DNA of 64,000 nucleotides, from NCBI GenBank assembly GCA_050949315.1, contig JBMNFL010000001.1:947444-1011443 (forward strand). Direction: 5' to 3'. This document shows, piece after piece, positions 20,905 to 32,506 of this stretch. The translations under genes and the position numbers were made by a program. Numbering within the stretch: position 1 is the first letter of the stretch; each line of letters begins with the position of its first letter. The stretch is from Bacilli bacterium (GTDB taxonomy: Bacteria; Bacillota_I; Bacilli_A; RFN20; UBA1709). Under the pieces are notes generated by a model. The model did not search any database and was not told the DNA's origin. It saw nothing but the letters and a program-made list of their open reading frames with translations.

Positions 20905-21558
20905 ATGCCAAGAGTAAATGTATTGGATCAAAATGGCGAGAAAGTAAGTACCCTTAATCTTGCGAAAGAGGTCTTCGCTATTGAGCCCAATGAACAAGCG
21001 ATGTTTGATGCCGTTCAAGTCGCTTTAAGCAATCGTCGTCAAGACACGGCCAAAACCAAGACACGGGCAGAAGTCCGTGGTGGTGGTAGGAAACCCTGGC
21101 GACAAAAAGGAACTGGTCGAGCAAGACATGGTTCCACGCGTTCTCCCCAATGGCGCCATGGTGGTGTTGCCTTTGGGCCAACTGGAGAACAAGATCATTC
21201 AATTAAGATGAACAAAAAAGAGCGCGTTTTAGCACTGAAGTCCATCTTATCTGCGAAATTAGCTATGAAAGAGTTAACTGTTGTTGATAAGTTCGAATTC
21301 GCTGAGCCTAAAACCAAGGCTATGGAAGCTTCTTTAAAGGCCCTTGGGCTAGAAGGCAAGAAAACACTCATAGTTATGAGTGCGGATTCAATGAATGATG
21401 AAGCCTTATTATCAGTCCTCAACTTACCTAAAGTTGGACTGCTCTATTTCTTTGAAATTAATGTTTATGATGTGATGAATGCCGAACATTTAGTTCTAAC
21501 TAAAGAGGCGGCAAAAATTCTTGGGGAGGTGCTAGGCAATGGCGCGGAAGGCAAGTAA
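20905..21558 (+). CDS. rplD: 50S ribosomal protein uL4
   Basis: KPWRQKGTGRAR motif. Confidence 0.98.
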   Translation: MPRVNVLDQNGEKVSTLNLAKEVFAIEPNEQAMFDAVQVALSNRRQDTAKTKTRAEVRGGGRKPWRQKGTGRARHGSTRSPQWRHGGVAFGPTGEQDHSIKMNKKERVLALKSILSAKLAMKELTVVDKFEFAEPKTKAMEASLKALGLEGKKTLIVMSADSMNDEALLSVLNLPKVGLLYFFEINVYDVMNAEHLVLTKEAAKILGEVLGNGAEGK

Positions 21559-21883
21559 GAGTGCGGAAGTTCGTAAATTCCCACTTCCGACCGAACATGA
21601 TTATGCGGTTTTAAAAACTCCGCTAGTCACGGAAAAAAGTATGAAACTGATGCAAGATGGTCAAAGAATAGTCCTAAAAGTCGCCGTTGGCGCAACAGCA
21701 CCAGAAATTAAAAAGGCTTTTGAATCGATCTTTAATCGCAAGGTTAAAAGAATCAATACGGCTAATGTCCGTAGCAAACCTAAAAAGATGGGAAAATTTG
21801 AAGGTACAGTTCCCGCTTATAAGAAAGCAATTATTATCTTAGCGGAAGGCGAGAGTCTTGATCTCTTCGCGGAAGAGAAGTAG
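21539..21883 (+). CDS. rplW: 50S ribosomal protein uL23 (N-terminal extension)
   Basis: PLVTEKS, YKKAII. Confidence 0.95.
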   Translation: MARKASKSAEVRKFPLPTEHDYAVLKTPLVTEKSMKLMQDGQRIVLKVAVGATAPEIKKAFESIFNRKVKRINTANVRSKPKKMGKFEGTVPAYKKAIIILAEGESLDLFAEEK

Positions 21884-21893
21884 GTGAGAAAAT

Positions 21894-22727
21894 ATGGCAA
21901 TTAAAAAATATAAACCAACCTCTCCTGGTCGCCGCAACATGACTATCCTCGATAATCGGGAACTCAGTAAAAAGCAACCAGAAAAGAGATTGACTGTCGG
22001 TCTTAAGAAAACCGGTGGTCGTAACAACATGGGGCTCATCACCTGTCGACATATCGGTGGTGGAGCCAAAAGAAAGTATCGTTTAATTGATTTTAAACGC
22101 AACAAAGATAACATCCCCGCTCGGGTTCAGGCCTTAGAGTATGATCCTAACCGGACTTGTAACATTGCCCTTCTGGCTTATGCTGATGGGGAAAAGCGTT
22201 ACATTCTCGCGCCAAAGGATTTGAAAGTTGGCGATCAGGTCATCTCGGGTGAACAGGCGGATATTATCGTTGGTAACTGTTTACCACTAGCCAATATTCC
22301 TGAAGGTACCTTTATTCACAATATTGAATTAAAACCAGGAGCTGGTGGTCAGCTCGTGCGTAGCGCGGGCACCAGCGCCCAGCTGCTCGCGAAAGAAGAA
22401 AAATACATTACTGTGCGTTTGGCTTCGGGCGAAGTTCGTAAAATCCTAGCCACTTGTCGGGCAACGATTGGTCAAGTTGGTAATGAGGACCATGGCCTTG
22501 TTAAGCTAGGCAAAGCTGGCAAAAGTCGGCATCTAGGGATACGGCCAACCGTTCGTGGTTCGGTTATGAACCCTGTCGATCACCCACATGGTGGTGGTGA
22601 AGGTAAATCACCAATCGGTCGTGACGCACCAAGAACACCTTGGGGCAAACGGGCCCTTGGTGTTAAGACAAGAAATAAAAAGAAGGCCTCTAGTCGTTTG
22701 ATAATTAGACGCCGGAATGTTAAGTAG
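21894..22727 (+). CDS. rplB: 50S ribosomal protein uL2
   Basis: [19 protein letters not shown]. Confidence 0.99.
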   Translation: MAIKKYKPTSPGRRNMTILDNRELSKKQPEKRLTVGLKKTGGRNNMGLITCRHIGGGAKRKYRLIDFKRNKDNIPARVQALEYDPNRTCNIALLAYADGEKRYILAPKDLKVGDQVISGEQADIIVGNCLPLANIPEGTFIHNIELKPGAGGQLVRSAGTSAQLLAKEEKYITVRLASGEVRKILATCRATIGQVGNEDHGLVKLGKAGKSRHLGIRPTVRGSVMNPVDHPHGGGEGKSPIGRDAPRTPWGKRALGVKTRNKKKASSRLIIRRRNVK

Positions 22728-22746
22728 AAAAGGAGGAAAATAAGAA

Positions 22747-23037
22747 ATGGCACGCAGTGTAAAAAAAGGACCCTTCGTTGATGCTCATCTAATGAAGAAG
22801 GTTGAAGCTTTAAACAAAGCTCATAAAAAAGAAGTTATTAAGACTTGGTCCCGCCGGTCAACTATCTTCCCCCAATTCGTCGAACATACCTTCGCCGTCT
22901 ATAACGGAAGAGAGCATATTCCAGTTTATGTTACTGAGGATATGATCGGACATAAATTAGGGGAGTTTTCTCCCACGAGGACCTACCGTGGTCACACCGG
23001 GCACACCGCTGAAGATAAGGCAGCGAAAGCCAGATAG
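22747..23037 (+). CDS. rpsS: 30S ribosomal protein uS19
   Basis: [20 protein letters not shown]. Confidence 0.98.
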   Translation: MARSVKKGPFVDAHLMKKVEALNKAHKKEVIKTWSRRSTIFPQFVEHTFAVYNGREHIPVYVTEDMIGHKLGEFSPTRTYRGHTGHTAEDKAAKAR

Positions 23038-23048
23038 GAGGAGGGCAT

Positions 23049-23390
23049 ATGGCAAGTGAAGCAAAAGCCGTCGCGCGTACCGTGAGGATGACGCCACGCA
23101 AAGCCCGCCTCGTTCTCGATTTAGTTCGCGGGAAGACTATCAAAGAGGCGCAAGCGATTTTAGTAAATACCAATAAAGCCGCCGCATCTGTTGTTCTAAA
23201 GGTTATCAATTCTGCCGCTGCGAATGCGAGCAACAACTTTAACATGAATCCCGATAACTTGTATGTTAAAGAAATATATGCGGATGATGGAATTCGCATG
23301 AAGCGTTATATGCCAAGAGCTAAAGGTAGCGCTAGTAGCATAATCAAAAGAACATGTCACATTACCGCCGTGGTGGCGGAGAAAGAATAA
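23049..23390 (+). CDS. rplV: 50S ribosomal protein uL22
   Basis: PRKARLV, PRAKG, KRTCHIT. Confidence 0.98.
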   Translation: MASEAKAVARTVRMTPRKARLVLDLVRGKTIKEAQAILVNTNKAAASVVLKVINSAAANASNNFNMNPDNLYVKEIYADDGIRMKRYMPRAKGSASSIIKRTCHITAVVAEKE

Positions 23391-23403
23391 GGAGGGAGAT
23401 ACT

Positions 23404-24069
23404 ATGGGTCAAAAAGTTAATCCAGTTGGACTGCGCGTTGGCGTGAACCGTGATTGGGATTCCTTATGGTATGCCGATAAAGAGTACTCCAAGTTCTTAC
23501 AAGAAGATATTAAGATGCGGGAATTACTGGAGAAAGAGTTAAATGATGCTGGCCTTTCTCGGACTGAAATTAGAAGAATCAAAGATAACATTGAAGTCAT
23601 CGTTTGGGTGGCTAAACCTGGTGTTGTCTTAGGTCAAGACGGTAAACATGTTGAAGAAATAGTTAAGAAATTAACAAAACTTTGTAATGGCGCCAAGGTT
23701 AAAATCAGCGTTCAAGAAGTTAAAAACGTCGATCTAGATGCGACTTTAGTTGCTAGATCTATCGCCTTACAACTTGAACAAAGAGCTTCCTTTAGAACCG
23801 CTCAAAAGAAAGCGATACAAAGAGTTATGCGGGCGGGGGCTAAGGGAGTTAGAACGATTGTTTCTGGTCGTTTAGGTGGCGCGGAAATCGCGCGTAGTGA
23901 GGGCTACTCCGATGGTGTTGTTCCTCTTCACACCCTAAGAGCAGATATTGATTTTGCTATCGCCGAAGCGGCCACACAGTATGGCCGTTTAGGTGTCAAA
24001 GTTTGGATTTGTCGGGGCGAGATTCTCAAGAAGAAAAAAGCTCATGACTTTAATGCGAAAGGAGAGTAG
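23404..24069 (+). CDS. rpsC: 30S ribosomal protein uS3
   Basis: MGQKVNP, GRLGGAEIAR, PLHTLRA. Confidence 0.98.
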   Translation: MGQKVNPVGLRVGVNRDWDSLWYADKEYSKFLQEDIKMRELLEKELNDAGLSRTEIRRIKDNIEVIVWVAKPGVVLGQDGKHVEEIVKKLTKLCNGAKVKISVQEVKNVDLDATLVARSIALQLEQRASFRTAQKKAIQRVMRAGAKGVRTIVSGRLGGAEIARSEGYSDGVVPLHTLRADIDFAIAEAATQYGRLGVKVWICRGEILKKKKAHDFNAKGE

Positions 24070-24075
24070 TTATTT

Positions 24076-24489
24076 ATGTTAATGCCTAAGAGAACTAAAT
24101 ACAGAAGACCCCATCGCATAAGTTATGAGGGCAAGGCTAAGGCAGGGACGACTGTTAATTTTGGGGAGTTTGGTTTACAAGCCATTGAAGGCGGCTACGT
24201 AACCAATAACCAAATTGAAGCCGCCCGTATCGCTTTATCCCGTTATACTAGAAGAGCGGGTCAAATTTGGATTCGCATCTTCCCCCATTTATCAAAGACC
24301 AAAAAACCTTTAGAGGTTAGAATGGGTTCTGGTAAAGGTGCCCCAGATTCTTGGGTCGCTGTAGTTAAAGCTGGAAGAATTATGTTTGAAATTGGTGGCG
24401 TGTCTGAAGAACAATGCCGTGAGGCCTTGCGTTTGGCATCTCACAAGTTACCAGTCAAGACAAGAGTTGTCACTAAGGAGGGTGAGTAA
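24076..24489 (+). CDS. rplP: 50S ribosomal protein uL16
   Basis: [17 protein letters not shown]. Confidence 0.98.
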   Translation: MLMPKRTKYRRPHRISYEGKAKAGTTVNFGEFGLQAIEGGYVTNNQIEAARIALSRYTRRAGQIWIRIFPHLSKTKKPLEVRMGSGKGAPDSWVAVVKAGRIMFEIGGVSEEQCREALRLASHKLPVKTRVVTKEGE

Positions 24490-24491
24490 TC

Positions 24492-24692
24492 ATGAAAAGC
24501 TCAGAAATTAGAGAAATGAAAACCCCAGATCTCAAAAAGAAAGTTTTAGATTTAAGAGAAGAATTATTTATGTTGAAGTTCCAACAAGCCACTGGTAAGA
24601 CTGAGGGTGTTGAGAAATGTCGCTCAATTCGTAAAGATATCGCCCGCATTCTAACAATCTTAAAAGAAAGGGCCACGGCTGAGGCTAAATAG
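24492..24692 (+). CDS. rpmC: 50S ribosomal protein uL29
   Basis: ELFMLKFQ..TG, IRKDIARILT. Confidence 0.95.
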   Translation: MKSSEIREMKTPDLKKKVLDLREELFMLKFQQATGKTEGVEKCRSIRKDIARILTILKERATAEAK

Positions 24693-24705
24693 GAGGTTTT
24701 GAACA

Positions 24706-24972
24706 ATGGAAGAAAGAAAAAGTCGTCGGACACTAAGTGGTGTCGTAGTTTCTGACAAAATGGCCAAAACCATTACCGTTTTAGTCGAAACAGCTAAGAA
24801 ACATTCTTTGTATGGTAAAAGAGTTATCAGTACCAAGAAATACAAAGCTCATGATGAGCAAGAAAGCGCTAGAGTTGGCGACAAGGTAGAAATTATGGAA
24901 TGCCGTCCGCTCTCAGCGACCAAGCATTTCCGTTTGGTTAGAATTTTAGAAAGAGCCGAACAGGTTGAATAA
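24706..24972 (+). CDS. rpsQ: 30S ribosomal protein uS17
   Basis: [21 protein letters not shown]. Confidence 0.97.
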   Translation: MEERKSRRTLSGVVVSDKMAKTITVLVETAKKHSLYGKRVISTKKYKAHDEQESARVGDKVEIMECRPLSATKHFRLVRILERAEQVE

Positions 24973-24985
24973 GGAGGATGTAGCT

Positions 24986-25360
24986 ATGATTCAAAAAGAA
25001 ACAAATTTAGTCGTTGCTGACAACTCCGGAGCTCGGAGCGTCCGGGTTTTTAACCTTCACGGTGGATCTTTTCGTCGCTCCGCATCGGTTGGTGATATTG
25101 TCACTGGTTCGGTTAAGGATGCCATCCCTAATAGTGCGGTGAAAAAGGGCGAAATTGTGCGGGGCGTTATCGTTCGTACAAAAAAAGAAATTACCAGAGC
25201 AGATGGCGCAAGAATTCGCTTTGATGATAACGCAATTGTTTTGATTAAAGAAGATGGAACCCCAAGAGGTACACGGGTTTTTGGACCCGTTGCTCGGGAG
25301 TTAAGAGATAAGGGCGAGGGCTTTATGAAAATTGTGTCCTTAGCACCCGAAGTCCTATAA
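24986..25360 (+). CDS. rplN: 50S ribosomal protein uL14
   Basis: [26 protein letters not shown]; AAGGAGG SD. Confidence 0.98.
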   Translation: MIQKETNLVVADNSGARSVRVFNLHGGSFRRSASVGDIVTGSVKDAIPNSAVKKGEIVRGVIVRTKKEITRADGARIRFDDNAIVLIKEDGTPRGTRVFGPVARELRDKGEGFMKIVSLAPEVL

Positions 25361-25374
25361 GGAGGCGATCGCAG

Positions 25375-25794
25375 ATGAAAATTAGAAAAGGCGATACCGT
25401 AAAAATTATAGCGGGTGGCAACTCAAAAAAGAATCAAGACAAGGGTAAGGTTGGCGAAGTTCTCGACGTTAATCTTAAAAAGAATACTGTCGTTGTTCAA
25501 GGAGTCAATATTGTGGTTAAACACCATAAACCCACGCAGCAACATCCAGAAGGCAACATTGAAACTAAGGAAGCGCCCATTGATGCTTCTAATGTCGCTT
25601 ATTACGACAACAAAGAGAAAAAGATTGTAAAAATCGGCTACAAATTCGTAGAAGGCAAAAAAGTTCGAGTTGATAAAAAGACCGGCATTCCTTTAGAAAA
25701 GAAGGTTGCTAAAAAGGTCGCTAAAGCCGAAAAGAAGAAAGTCGACAAAAAGAAAACTAGTAGTAAAAAGACTAGCAAGGTTAAGGAGGGTTAA
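25375..25794 (+). CDS. rplX: 50S ribosomal protein uL24 (Lys-rich C-terminal tail)
   Basis: KGDTV.IIAG KOW motif, EAPIDASNV. Confidence 0.97.
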   Translation: MKIRKGDTVKIIAGGNSKKNQDKGKVGEVLDVNLKKNTVVVQGVNIVVKHHKPTQQHPEGNIETKEAPIDASNVAYYDNKEKKIVKIGYKFVEGKKVRVDKKTGIPLEKKVAKKVAKAEKKKVDKKKTSSKKTSKVKEG

Positions 25795-25797
25795 ACT

Positions 25798-26337
25798 ATG
25801 AGTCGTTTATTAGATAAATATCGCAACGAAGTTGTACCTGCCCTTAACAAAAAATATAAGTATAAGTCGGTAATGCAGACTCCGCGTTTAGTCAAAATTG
25901 TGGTTAACGTTGGAGTCGGTGATGCGACAGGTAATGCCAAGTTACTTGAAGATTCGGTTAGAGAATTAACGCAGATTACCGGTCAAAAACCCGTAATTAC
26001 CAAAGCCAAGAAATCCATTGCCACTTTTAAATTAAGAACAGGCATGCAAATTGGCTGTAAAGTTACTCTAAGGGGCGAGAGAATGTATGAATTTTTAGAT
26101 AAACTCATCAACATTGCCTTGCCACGAGTTCGGGACTTCAGAGGTGTTTCTAAAACCGCCTTTGATGGTCGGGGCAACTACACCTTAGGAGTTAAAGAGC
26201 AATTGATCTTCCCCGAGATTAACTATGAAGATGTTAACCGCGTGCGGGGAATGGATATTGTTATTGTTACCAGCGCTAAGCAAGATGAGCAGGCTCGTGA
26301 GATGTTAGCTCTCATGGGTATGCCGTTTGCTCGCTAG
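25798..26337 (+). CDS. rplE: 50S ribosomal protein uL5
   Basis: [19 protein letters not shown]. Confidence 0.98.
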   Translation: MSRLLDKYRNEVVPALNKKYKYKSVMQTPRLVKIVVNVGVGDATGNAKLLEDSVRELTQITGQKPVITKAKKSIATFKLRTGMQIGCKVTLRGERMYEFLDKLINIALPRVRDFRGVSKTAFDGRGNYTLGVKEQLIFPEINYEDVNRVRGMDIVIVTSAKQDEQAREMLALMGMPFAR

Positions 26338-26352
26338 AAGGAGGAGCGATTT

Positions 26353-26538
26353 ATGGCAAAATTATCACAAAGAGTTCGTCATGCACGGCCCAAAAAGTAT
26401 GCCGTTAGAGAGTATAGCCGCTGTGAACGCTGCGGTCGCCCTCGTGCTGTATTAAGTAAATTCAAGCTGTGTCGGATTTGTGTCCGTGAATTGGCCTATA
26501 AAGGTCAAATTCCTGGCATGAAGAAGTCCAGTTGGTAG
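26353..26538 (+). CDS. rpsZ: 30S ribosomal protein uS14, Zn-binding type
   Basis: RCERCGR...LCRIC, 61 aa. Confidence 0.96.
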   Translation: MAKLSQRVRHARPKKYAVREYSRCERCGRPRAVLSKFKLCRICVRELAYKGQIPGMKKSSW

Positions 26539-26563
26539 AAAGGTTTAGAAGGAGGAAATAAAC

Positions 26564-26956
26564 ATGGGAATGACAGATCCAATTGCTGATATGCTGACGA
26601 GAATTCGTAATGCCAATCAGATGAGAAACGCCACTGTTATTATGCCTCACTCCAAAGTCAAGGAAGAAATTGCCCGGATTTTGAAAGAGGAAGGCTATAT
26701 TGAAGATTACTTTGCTTCAGGTGACGTTAAAAAAGAACTAACATTGACTTTAAGATATGTTGGTAATGATCGCGTTATTACTGGTTTAAAGAGAATTTCT
26801 AAACCAGGTTTACGCGTTTATGTTAGAGCAAAACAAATGCCTAGAGTTTTGAACGGCTTAGGTATTGCTCTTATTTCTACCGCTAATGGAATGCTTACCG
26901 ATAAGGAAGCTAGAAAGAATAATGTGGGCGGCGAAGTCGTCGCTTACATCTGGTAG
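26564..26956 (+). CDS. rpsH: 30S ribosomal protein uS8
   Basis: [20 protein letters not shown]. Confidence 0.98.
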   Translation: MGMTDPIADMLTRIRNANQMRNATVIMPHSKVKEEIARILKEEGYIEDYFASGDVKKELTLTLRYVGNDRVITGLKRISKPGLRVYVRAKQMPRVLNGLGIALISTANGMLTDKEARKNNVGGEVVAYIW

Positions 26957-26968
26957 GGGAGGGGTTTT

Positions 26969-27517
26969 ATGTCACGTATAGGTAAAAAACCCATCGTCTT
27001 ACCGGAAGATGTAACGGTGGAGTTAGAAGGTCAAACAATCACTGTTAAAGGGAAAAATGGGAGCCTAAATTACACTTATCCCCAATTGATTAAAGTTGCA
27101 CTTGAGGGTAATGAAATTTTAGTTAGCCGGCCTGATGATGAAAAAATATCACGGCAGTTACACGGTACAGTTCGCTCTCTTATCCAAAACATGGTTGTTG
27201 GTTGTCACCAAGGCTTTAAGAAAGTTTTGGTCTTAAAGGGTACGGGCTTTAGATCGGCAATCGAAGGAAAAGATGTAGTTTTGAATGTCGGTTACTCTCA
27301 TCCCATTCGTGTAGAGATAATCCCTGGTTGCAAGGTAGAATGCAGCGGTCCTAACAACACCATTATTACCGTTACTGGGATTGATAAACAAGCGGTAGGT
27401 CAACTGGCAGCCCAAATTCGCGGCGCTAGAAAACCCGAACCTTACTTAGGCAAAGGCGTTTCTTATCAGGATGAACGCATCCGGCGTAAGGAAGGCAAGA
27501 AAGCCGGTAAGAAGTAG
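26969..27517 (+). CDS. rplF: 50S ribosomal protein uL6
   Basis: MSRIGKKPI, PEPYLGKG. Confidence 0.98.
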   Translation: MSRIGKKPIVLPEDVTVELEGQTITVKGKNGSLNYTYPQLIKVALEGNEILVSRPDDEKISRQLHGTVRSLIQNMVVGCHQGFKKVLVLKGTGFRSAIEGKDVVLNVGYSHPIRVEIIPGCKVECSGPNNTIITVTGIDKQAVGQLAAQIRGARKPEPYLGKGVSYQDERIRRKEGKKAGKK

Positions 27518-27539
27518 AACTTAGGAAAGGAGAAAAAAG

Positions 27540-27896
27540 ATGATTAAATTTGTTTCAAAAAATGTTGCGCGTCAAAAACGCCATCAACGGATTCGTCATA
27601 AAGTAAGTGGTACTGCCGAATGTCCTCGCCTAAGTGTTTACCGTTCGAATTCGCACATTCATGCCCAAATTATTGATGATAGCAAGGGTCTTACTTTAGC
27701 GGCGGCCTCTTCTGTCCAATTAAAATTAGCCAAAGGCGGAAGTATAGAGGCGGCTACTCAGGTTGGTAGTGAATTAGCTAAAGTGGCCAAGAAAAAAGGC
27801 ATCAGCCAAGTGGTCTTTGATCGCAGTGGCTATCTTTATCACGGACGTGTTAAAGCCTTAGCGGAAGCTGCCCGGGCTGGCGGCTTGGTCTTTTAG
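27540..27896 (+). CDS. rplR: 50S ribosomal protein uL18
   Basis: [21 protein letters not shown]. Confidence 0.98.
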   Translation: MIKFVSKNVARQKRHQRIRHKVSGTAECPRLSVYRSNSHIHAQIIDDSKGLTLAAASSVQLKLAKGGSIEAATQVGSELAKVAKKKGISQVVFDRSGYLYHGRVKALAEAARAGGLVF

Positions 27897-27907
27897 GAGG
27901 TTGAAGT

Positions 27908-28543
27908 ATGGAAAACGAAGAGAAAGTTATTGTTAGTGAAGAAAAAGTTAGCGAAGCAACGAAAACTCAAGAAAAACCTCGTGAAGGGCAAGGACACGCT
28001 CGTCCAGAACGTAGAGGACCTCGGCGTGAAGGCCGTGGGCGCGGAAGAAGAGGGGATCGAGACAAGCAATTTAAAGAGCAAGTTATTGAGATCAATCGCG
28101 TCTCTAAAACTGTTAAAGGTGGCCGGAGAATCCGTTTCAATGCTTTAGTGGCGGTTGGTGATGGGAAAGGACAAGTCGGTTTTGGTACCGGCAAGGCCAA
28201 TGAAGTTCCCGATGCCATTAAAAAGGCTTTAGAAGTTGCAAGAAAGAGTGTCTTTAGAGTACCGGTTGTTAAGGGTGATACCATCCCTCATGAAATCACC
28301 ACTAGATATGGAGCCTGCAAGGTCTTCTTAAAACCAGCTAAGGTTGGTACTGGGGTTATTGCTGGTGGTCCAGTAAGAGCCGTGGTTGAATTGGCAGGTA
28401 TTCGCAACATCTATTCTAAAGTTTATGGCTCACGTACCGCCATCAATATGGTGCGGGCAGTCTGCGCCGGTCTTAAAGACTTAAAAACTGTTGGGAAAAT
28501 TGCTGCTCTACGGGGCAAGGCACCCAAGGATATTAAATATTAG
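27908..28543 (+). CDS. rpsE: 30S ribosomal protein uS5 (N-terminal extension)
   Basis: [18 protein letters not shown]. Confidence 0.98.
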   Translation: MENEEKVIVSEEKVSEATKTQEKPREGQGHARPERRGPRREGRGRGRRGDRDKQFKEQVIEINRVSKTVKGGRRIRFNALVAVGDGKGQVGFGTGKANEVPDAIKKALEVARKSVFRVPVVKGDTIPHEITTRYGACKVFLKPAKVGTGVIAGGPVRAVVELAGIRNIYSKVYGSRTAINMVRAVCAGLKDLKTVGKIAALRGKAPKDIKY

Positions 28544-28556
28544 GAGGTAAAGTATT

Positions 28557-28997
28557 ATGAAGTTACATACACTTACCTATCAAGAAGGTTCCCGCAAGAA
28601 AGCGACTCGTCGGGGTCGGGGCATTGGCTCAGGGCTTGGCAAGACGTCTGGTGCGGGACAAAAGGGACAAAAGTCGCGTAGTGGGGGTGGCGTTCGCCCT
28701 GGTTTTGAAGGTGGTCAAAACCCCATTTATCGTCGGGTTTCTAAAAGAGGTTTTACCAATGCTGCTAAAAAGCTTTACGCGATTGTCAATGTCGAAAAAT
28801 TAAATGCTTTTGAGGATGGAGCAACCGTCTGTCCCACATGCATGAAAGAAAAGGGGTTAGTTAAAAAAGAATACGACGGTGTCAAGATTCTTGGTAACGG
28901 CAAACTTACGAAAAAACTAACAGTGAAAGCTCATGTTTTTTCCAAGACTGCACAAGCTGCTATTGAAAGTGCCGGCGGAACAATTGAGGTGATTTAG
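28557..28997 (+). CDS. rplO: 50S ribosomal protein uL15
   Basis: [23 protein letters not shown]. Confidence 0.98.
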   Translation: MKLHTLTYQEGSRKKATRRGRGIGSGLGKTSGAGQKGQKSRSGGGVRPGFEGGQNPIYRRVSKRGFTNAAKKLYAIVNVEKLNAFEDGATVCPTCMKEKGLVKKEYDGVKILGNGKLTKKLTVKAHVFSKTAQAAIESAGGTIEVI

Positions 28998-30311
28998 GTG
29001 TTTAAAAAGATTGCTACAATCGTTAAAAACCGCGAAGTCTTCAATAGAATTATCTTCACTTTAGTGATTCTGTTTGTCTTCAAGATTGGCTCATCTATTA
29101 CCATTCCTCGTGTTGATGCCAGCAGTATCAATTATGGGGCAACAGGTGGGATCTTTGAACTACTTAATATGTTTGGTGGTGGAGCCTTATCATCTTTCTC
29201 GATCTTTGCCTTAGGTGTTTCACCTTATATTACGGCGAGCATTGTTGTTAACTTGCTTTCCAAGGGTGTTCTTCCCAAGTTAGAAGAACTTTCTAAATCA
29301 GGCGAACAGGGCAAAAGGAAAATTGATAATGTCACCCGCATGCTGACCTTGGTGTTAGCTGGTGTTCAAGCTTATGGCATCATTCTTACGATGCAGAATA
29401 ACTATGGTCTAAAATCTATTTCGGGAGCAGCCTTTACGGTGCCAGATTACATTTATTTAATCATTGTCATTGTAGCAGGCACCTTCCTACTGATGTGGAT
29501 GGCCGATCAAATTACTGTTAAAGGGGTGGGAAACGGCTTATCGATGATTATCTTTGCTGGTATCATCATGCAACTACCTTTCCAGATCTCCACCGCTTAT
29601 CGCAGTTTTGTCACTGTTGGTGGTTCTGGCAATGCCATTTTCAATGGAATTATCAATTTTGCCATCTATTGTCTATGTTATATTGGACTAATCATCTTTG
29701 TTATCTTTATGGAGAAGTCAGTGCGCAAAATTCCCATGCAGTATGCGGGAAGTAGCGCTCGGGCGCGGACCAAGGATGTTTCCTTCCTACCGATTAAAGT
29801 TAACTCGGCAGGAGTTATTCCGGTTATCTTTGCTTCTTCAATTTTAACAGCGCCACCCATTATTATGAGTTTCCTTGGCTACAAATCATCGCACTGGCTC
29901 TACAAGTTCTTCTCAATTGGAGCTGTGGCCAATGATGGTGTACCTTGGGGAACGATCTTCTACATTATTCTCATCTTCATCTTTGCCTACTTCTATACGA
30001 TGCTGCAGATGGATCCGGAACAGATGGCGGAAAACTTCCAAAAATCTGGGGCTTATATTCCAGGTGTGCGTCCAGGCAAAGAAACCGAGAAGTATTTAAA
30101 AAAGATTATTTACCGCGTAACCTTAATTGGTGCCATCTTCTTAGTTTTACTAGCGGGGGTACCGATGTTCCTGACAATGGTGCTAGGACTGTCTAGTGCA
30201 ATCGCCTTTGGTGGCACGGGTTTAATCATCGTTGTTGGCGTTGCAACTGAAACGGCGCAACAAGTTGATGGGTTATTAGCAGGTAAAGAATATCAGGGTT
30301 TTATTGGCTGA
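28998..30311 (+). CDS. secY: Preprotein translocase SecY
   Basis: SIFALGVSPYITASI, GVGNG.S, AGVIPVIFA, IPGVRPG. Confidence 0.98.
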   Translation: MFKKIATIVKNREVFNRIIFTLVILFVFKIGSSITIPRVDASSINYGATGGIFELLNMFGGGALSSFSIFALGVSPYITASIVVNLLSKGVLPKLEELSKSGEQGKRKIDNVTRMLTLVLAGVQAYGIILTMQNNYGLKSISGAAFTVPDYIYLIIVIVAGTFLLMWMADQITVKGVGNGLSMIIFAGIIMQLPFQISTAYRSFVTVGGSGNAIFNGIINFAIYCLCYIGLIIFVIFMEKSVRKIPMQYAGSSARARTKDVSFLPIKVNSAGVIPVIFASSILTAPPIIMSFLGYKSSHWLYKFFSIGAVANDGVPWGTIFYIILIFIFAYFYTMLQMDPEQMAENFQKSGAYIPGVRPGKETEKYLKKIIYRVTLIGAIFLVLLAGVPMFLTMVLGLSSAIAFGGTGLIIVVGVATETAQQVDGLLAGKEYQGFIG

Positions 30312-30329
30312 AAGTAAGGAGGATTTATT

Positions 30330-30974
30330 ATGCGTATTATCTTTTTAGGGCCACCGGGCTCCGGTAAGGGTACCCAATCACTGATGATTGAAAAAGAATA
30401 TAAAATCCCGCATATTTCCACTGGGGATATCTTTCGAGCGGCTATTGCTAATAAAACTAAAGCCGGGCTTAAGGCCAAGAGTTATGTCGATCAAGGCTTA
30501 CTAGTTCCCGATGCGGTGACCATCGCCGTTGTCGAGGAGAGAATTCGCCAAAAGGATTGTGAAAAAGGCTTTCTTTTCGATGGCTTTCCCCGCACAATCG
30601 CTCAGGCTGTGGCCTTGGATAAACTCTGCTTAAAACTAGGGATTAAACTCGATGTTGTTCTTGATTTAGTCGTTGATAAGGAAGTTCTTTTAGAGCGGAT
30701 TATCAATCGTCGGGTTTGTCCAAAATGTGGGGCCTCTTTCCATTTAAAGAATTTCCCACCAAAAAACGAGGGTTTCTGTGATAACTGTGGTTCTAAACTC
30801 ATCATCCGTAAAGATGATAATCCCGAAGCCATGAAGAAACGTTTAGAAACCTATGAAAAAGAAACCGCACCTTTAACAGCCTATTATGAAAAACAAGGCC
30901 TGTTAAAGAGAGTCAATGCCTTGCAAGACATTGACAAGGTTAGTCAAGACATTAGGAAATGTCTAGGGAAGTAG
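30330..30974 (+). CDS. adk: Adenylate kinase (Zn-lid)
   Basis: [16 protein letters not shown], CxxC...CxxC lid. Confidence 0.98.
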   Translation: MRIIFLGPPGSGKGTQSLMIEKEYKIPHISTGDIFRAAIANKTKAGLKAKSYVDQGLLVPDAVTIAVVEERIRQKDCEKGFLFDGFPRTIAQAVALDKLCLKLGIKLDVVLDLVVDKEVLLERIINRRVCPKCGASFHLKNFPPKNEGFCDNCGSKLIIRKDDNPEAMKKRLETYEKETAPLTAYYEKQGLLKRVNALQDIDKVSQDIRKCLGK

Positions 30975-30978
30975 TTAT

Positions 30979-31728
30979 TTGATTACGCTTAGAAATGAAG
31001 ACGAGCTAGCTAAGCTACGTCAAGCAGGACGCATTGTGGCTTTAACACATCAGTATTTAAAGCAACATTTAGTCCCGGGGATAACAACGAAAAAACTTGA
31101 TGATCTCGCCGAAAAATTTATCCTTTCGCAAGGAGCCACCCCTTCTTTTAAAGGGCTTTATGGTTTCCCAGGCAGTGTCTGCATCTCTTTGAACGAAACT
31201 TTGGTGCATGGCATTCCCAGTAAAAAGATAGTCTTAAAAGAAGGCGATATCATTACCATTGACATCGGAGCTTGTTGGCAGGGTTATCATGGTGATTCGG
31301 CCTGGACCTATGCTGTTGGTGAAATTTCCGAGGAAGCCCAAAAACTTTTAGATGTAACTGAACAAGCCTTATTTGAAGGCTTGAAGATGGCAAGAGCGGG
31401 GAATCGTATTGGGGATATCTCGCATGCAATTCAAAAGTATGTTGAAAAGTTTGGTTTCTCTCTTCCTCGCGAATACACTGGTCATGGCGTTGGGCGCGAA
31501 ATACATGAAGATCCCATCGTTCCTAATTATGGTAAACCACATCGTGGTCCATTACTTCGAAAAGGAATGGTCATTGCCGTCGAACCGATGGTAAATGCTG
31601 GGGTCAAAGAAACCATCACCCTTAGCGATGGTTGGACCGTAGTAACATCCGATGGTCGCTTGTGTGCCCATTATGAACACACAGTGGCAATTACCGATGG
31701 GGCCTGTGAAATTTTCACTACACTCTAA
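30979..31728 (+). CDS. map: Methionine aminopeptidase type I
   Basis: HGIP, GYHGD, GHGVG, EPM, HYEHT. Confidence 0.97.
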   Translation: MITLRNEDELAKLRQAGRIVALTHQYLKQHLVPGITTKKLDDLAEKFILSQGATPSFKGLYGFPGSVCISLNETLVHGIPSKKIVLKEGDIITIDIGACWQGYHGDSAWTYAVGEISEEAQKLLDVTEQALFEGLKMARAGNRIGDISHAIQKYVEKFGFSLPREYTGHGVGREIHEDPIVPNYGKPHRGPLLRKGMVIAVEPMVNAGVKETITLSDGWTVVTSDGRLCAHYEHTVAITDGACEIFTTL

Positions 31729-31745
31729 AGGAGGCAAGAGAATCA

Positions 31746-31964
31746 GTGGCAAAACAAGATGTAATTGAAGTCGAAGCAACCGTCATTGAAGCATTGCCTA
31801 ATGCAATGTTTAATGTCAAATTGCAAAACGGGGTCGTGATTCTTGCTCACGTTTCTGGTAAAATCCGTATGAACTACATTCGCATTTTACCGGGAGATCG
31901 AGTCACAATCGAAATTTCCCCGTATGATTTAACACGTGGGCGTATAACATATCGCTTTAAGTAG
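31746..31964 (+). CDS. infA: Translation initiation factor IF-1
   Basis: [21 protein letters not shown]. Confidence 0.98.
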   Translation: MAKQDVIEVEATVIEALPNAMFNVKLQNGVVILAHVSGKIRMNYIRILPGDRVTIEISPYDLTRGRITYRFK

Positions 31965-31979
31965 CAGGAGGTAGAAACG

Positions 31980-32093
31980 ATGAAAGTCAGACCTTCAGTC
32001 AAACCAATTTGCGATAAGTGTCGGGTTATTCGTCGCAAAGGCCGAGTTATGGTCATTTGTGAGAATCCCAAGCACAAGCAAAGACAGGGTTAA
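31980..32093 (+). CDS. rpmJ: 50S ribosomal protein bL36 (not in ORF track)
   Basis: [37 protein letters not shown]. Confidence 0.98.
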   Translation: MKVRPSVKPICDKCRVIRRKGRVMVICENPKHKQRQG

Positions 32094-32110
32094 TAGGGAG
32101 GAAGAAAAAT

Positions 32111-32488
32111 ATGGCACGTATTGCTGGAGTAGACATCCCCAATGATAAAAGGGTTGTCATCTCATTAACTTACATTTTCGGCATTGGTCAATCCAAGGCC
32201 AGCAAGATTTTAGCAGCCGCTAAAGTCGATGAAAACAAGCGGGTTAAGGATCTCACAGAAGAGGAATTAACCGCTATTCGTAGTGAAGTTTTACATCACA
32301 AAACCGAGGGAGATCTCCGTCGGGAAGTTTCTTTAAACGTTAAAAGGCTCCAAGAAATTGGCAGTTATCGTGGTCAAAGGCATAGAAGGGGTTTACCAAC
32401 ACGTGGTCAACGCACCAAGACTAATGCTAGGACCTGTAAAGGTCCAAGAAAGACCATTGCCAACAAGAAAGCAGCCTCAAAAGGTTAG
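32111..32488 (+). CDS. rpsM: 30S ribosomal protein uS13
   Basis: [20 protein letters not shown]. Confidence 0.98.
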   Translation: MARIAGVDIPNDKRVVISLTYIFGIGQSKASKILAAAKVDENKRVKDLTEEELTAIRSEVLHHKTEGDLRREVSLNVKRLQEIGSYRGQRHRRGLPTRGQRTKTNARTCKGPRKTIANKKAASKG

Positions 32489-32506
32489 TAGGAGGATAAG
32501 ATATTT

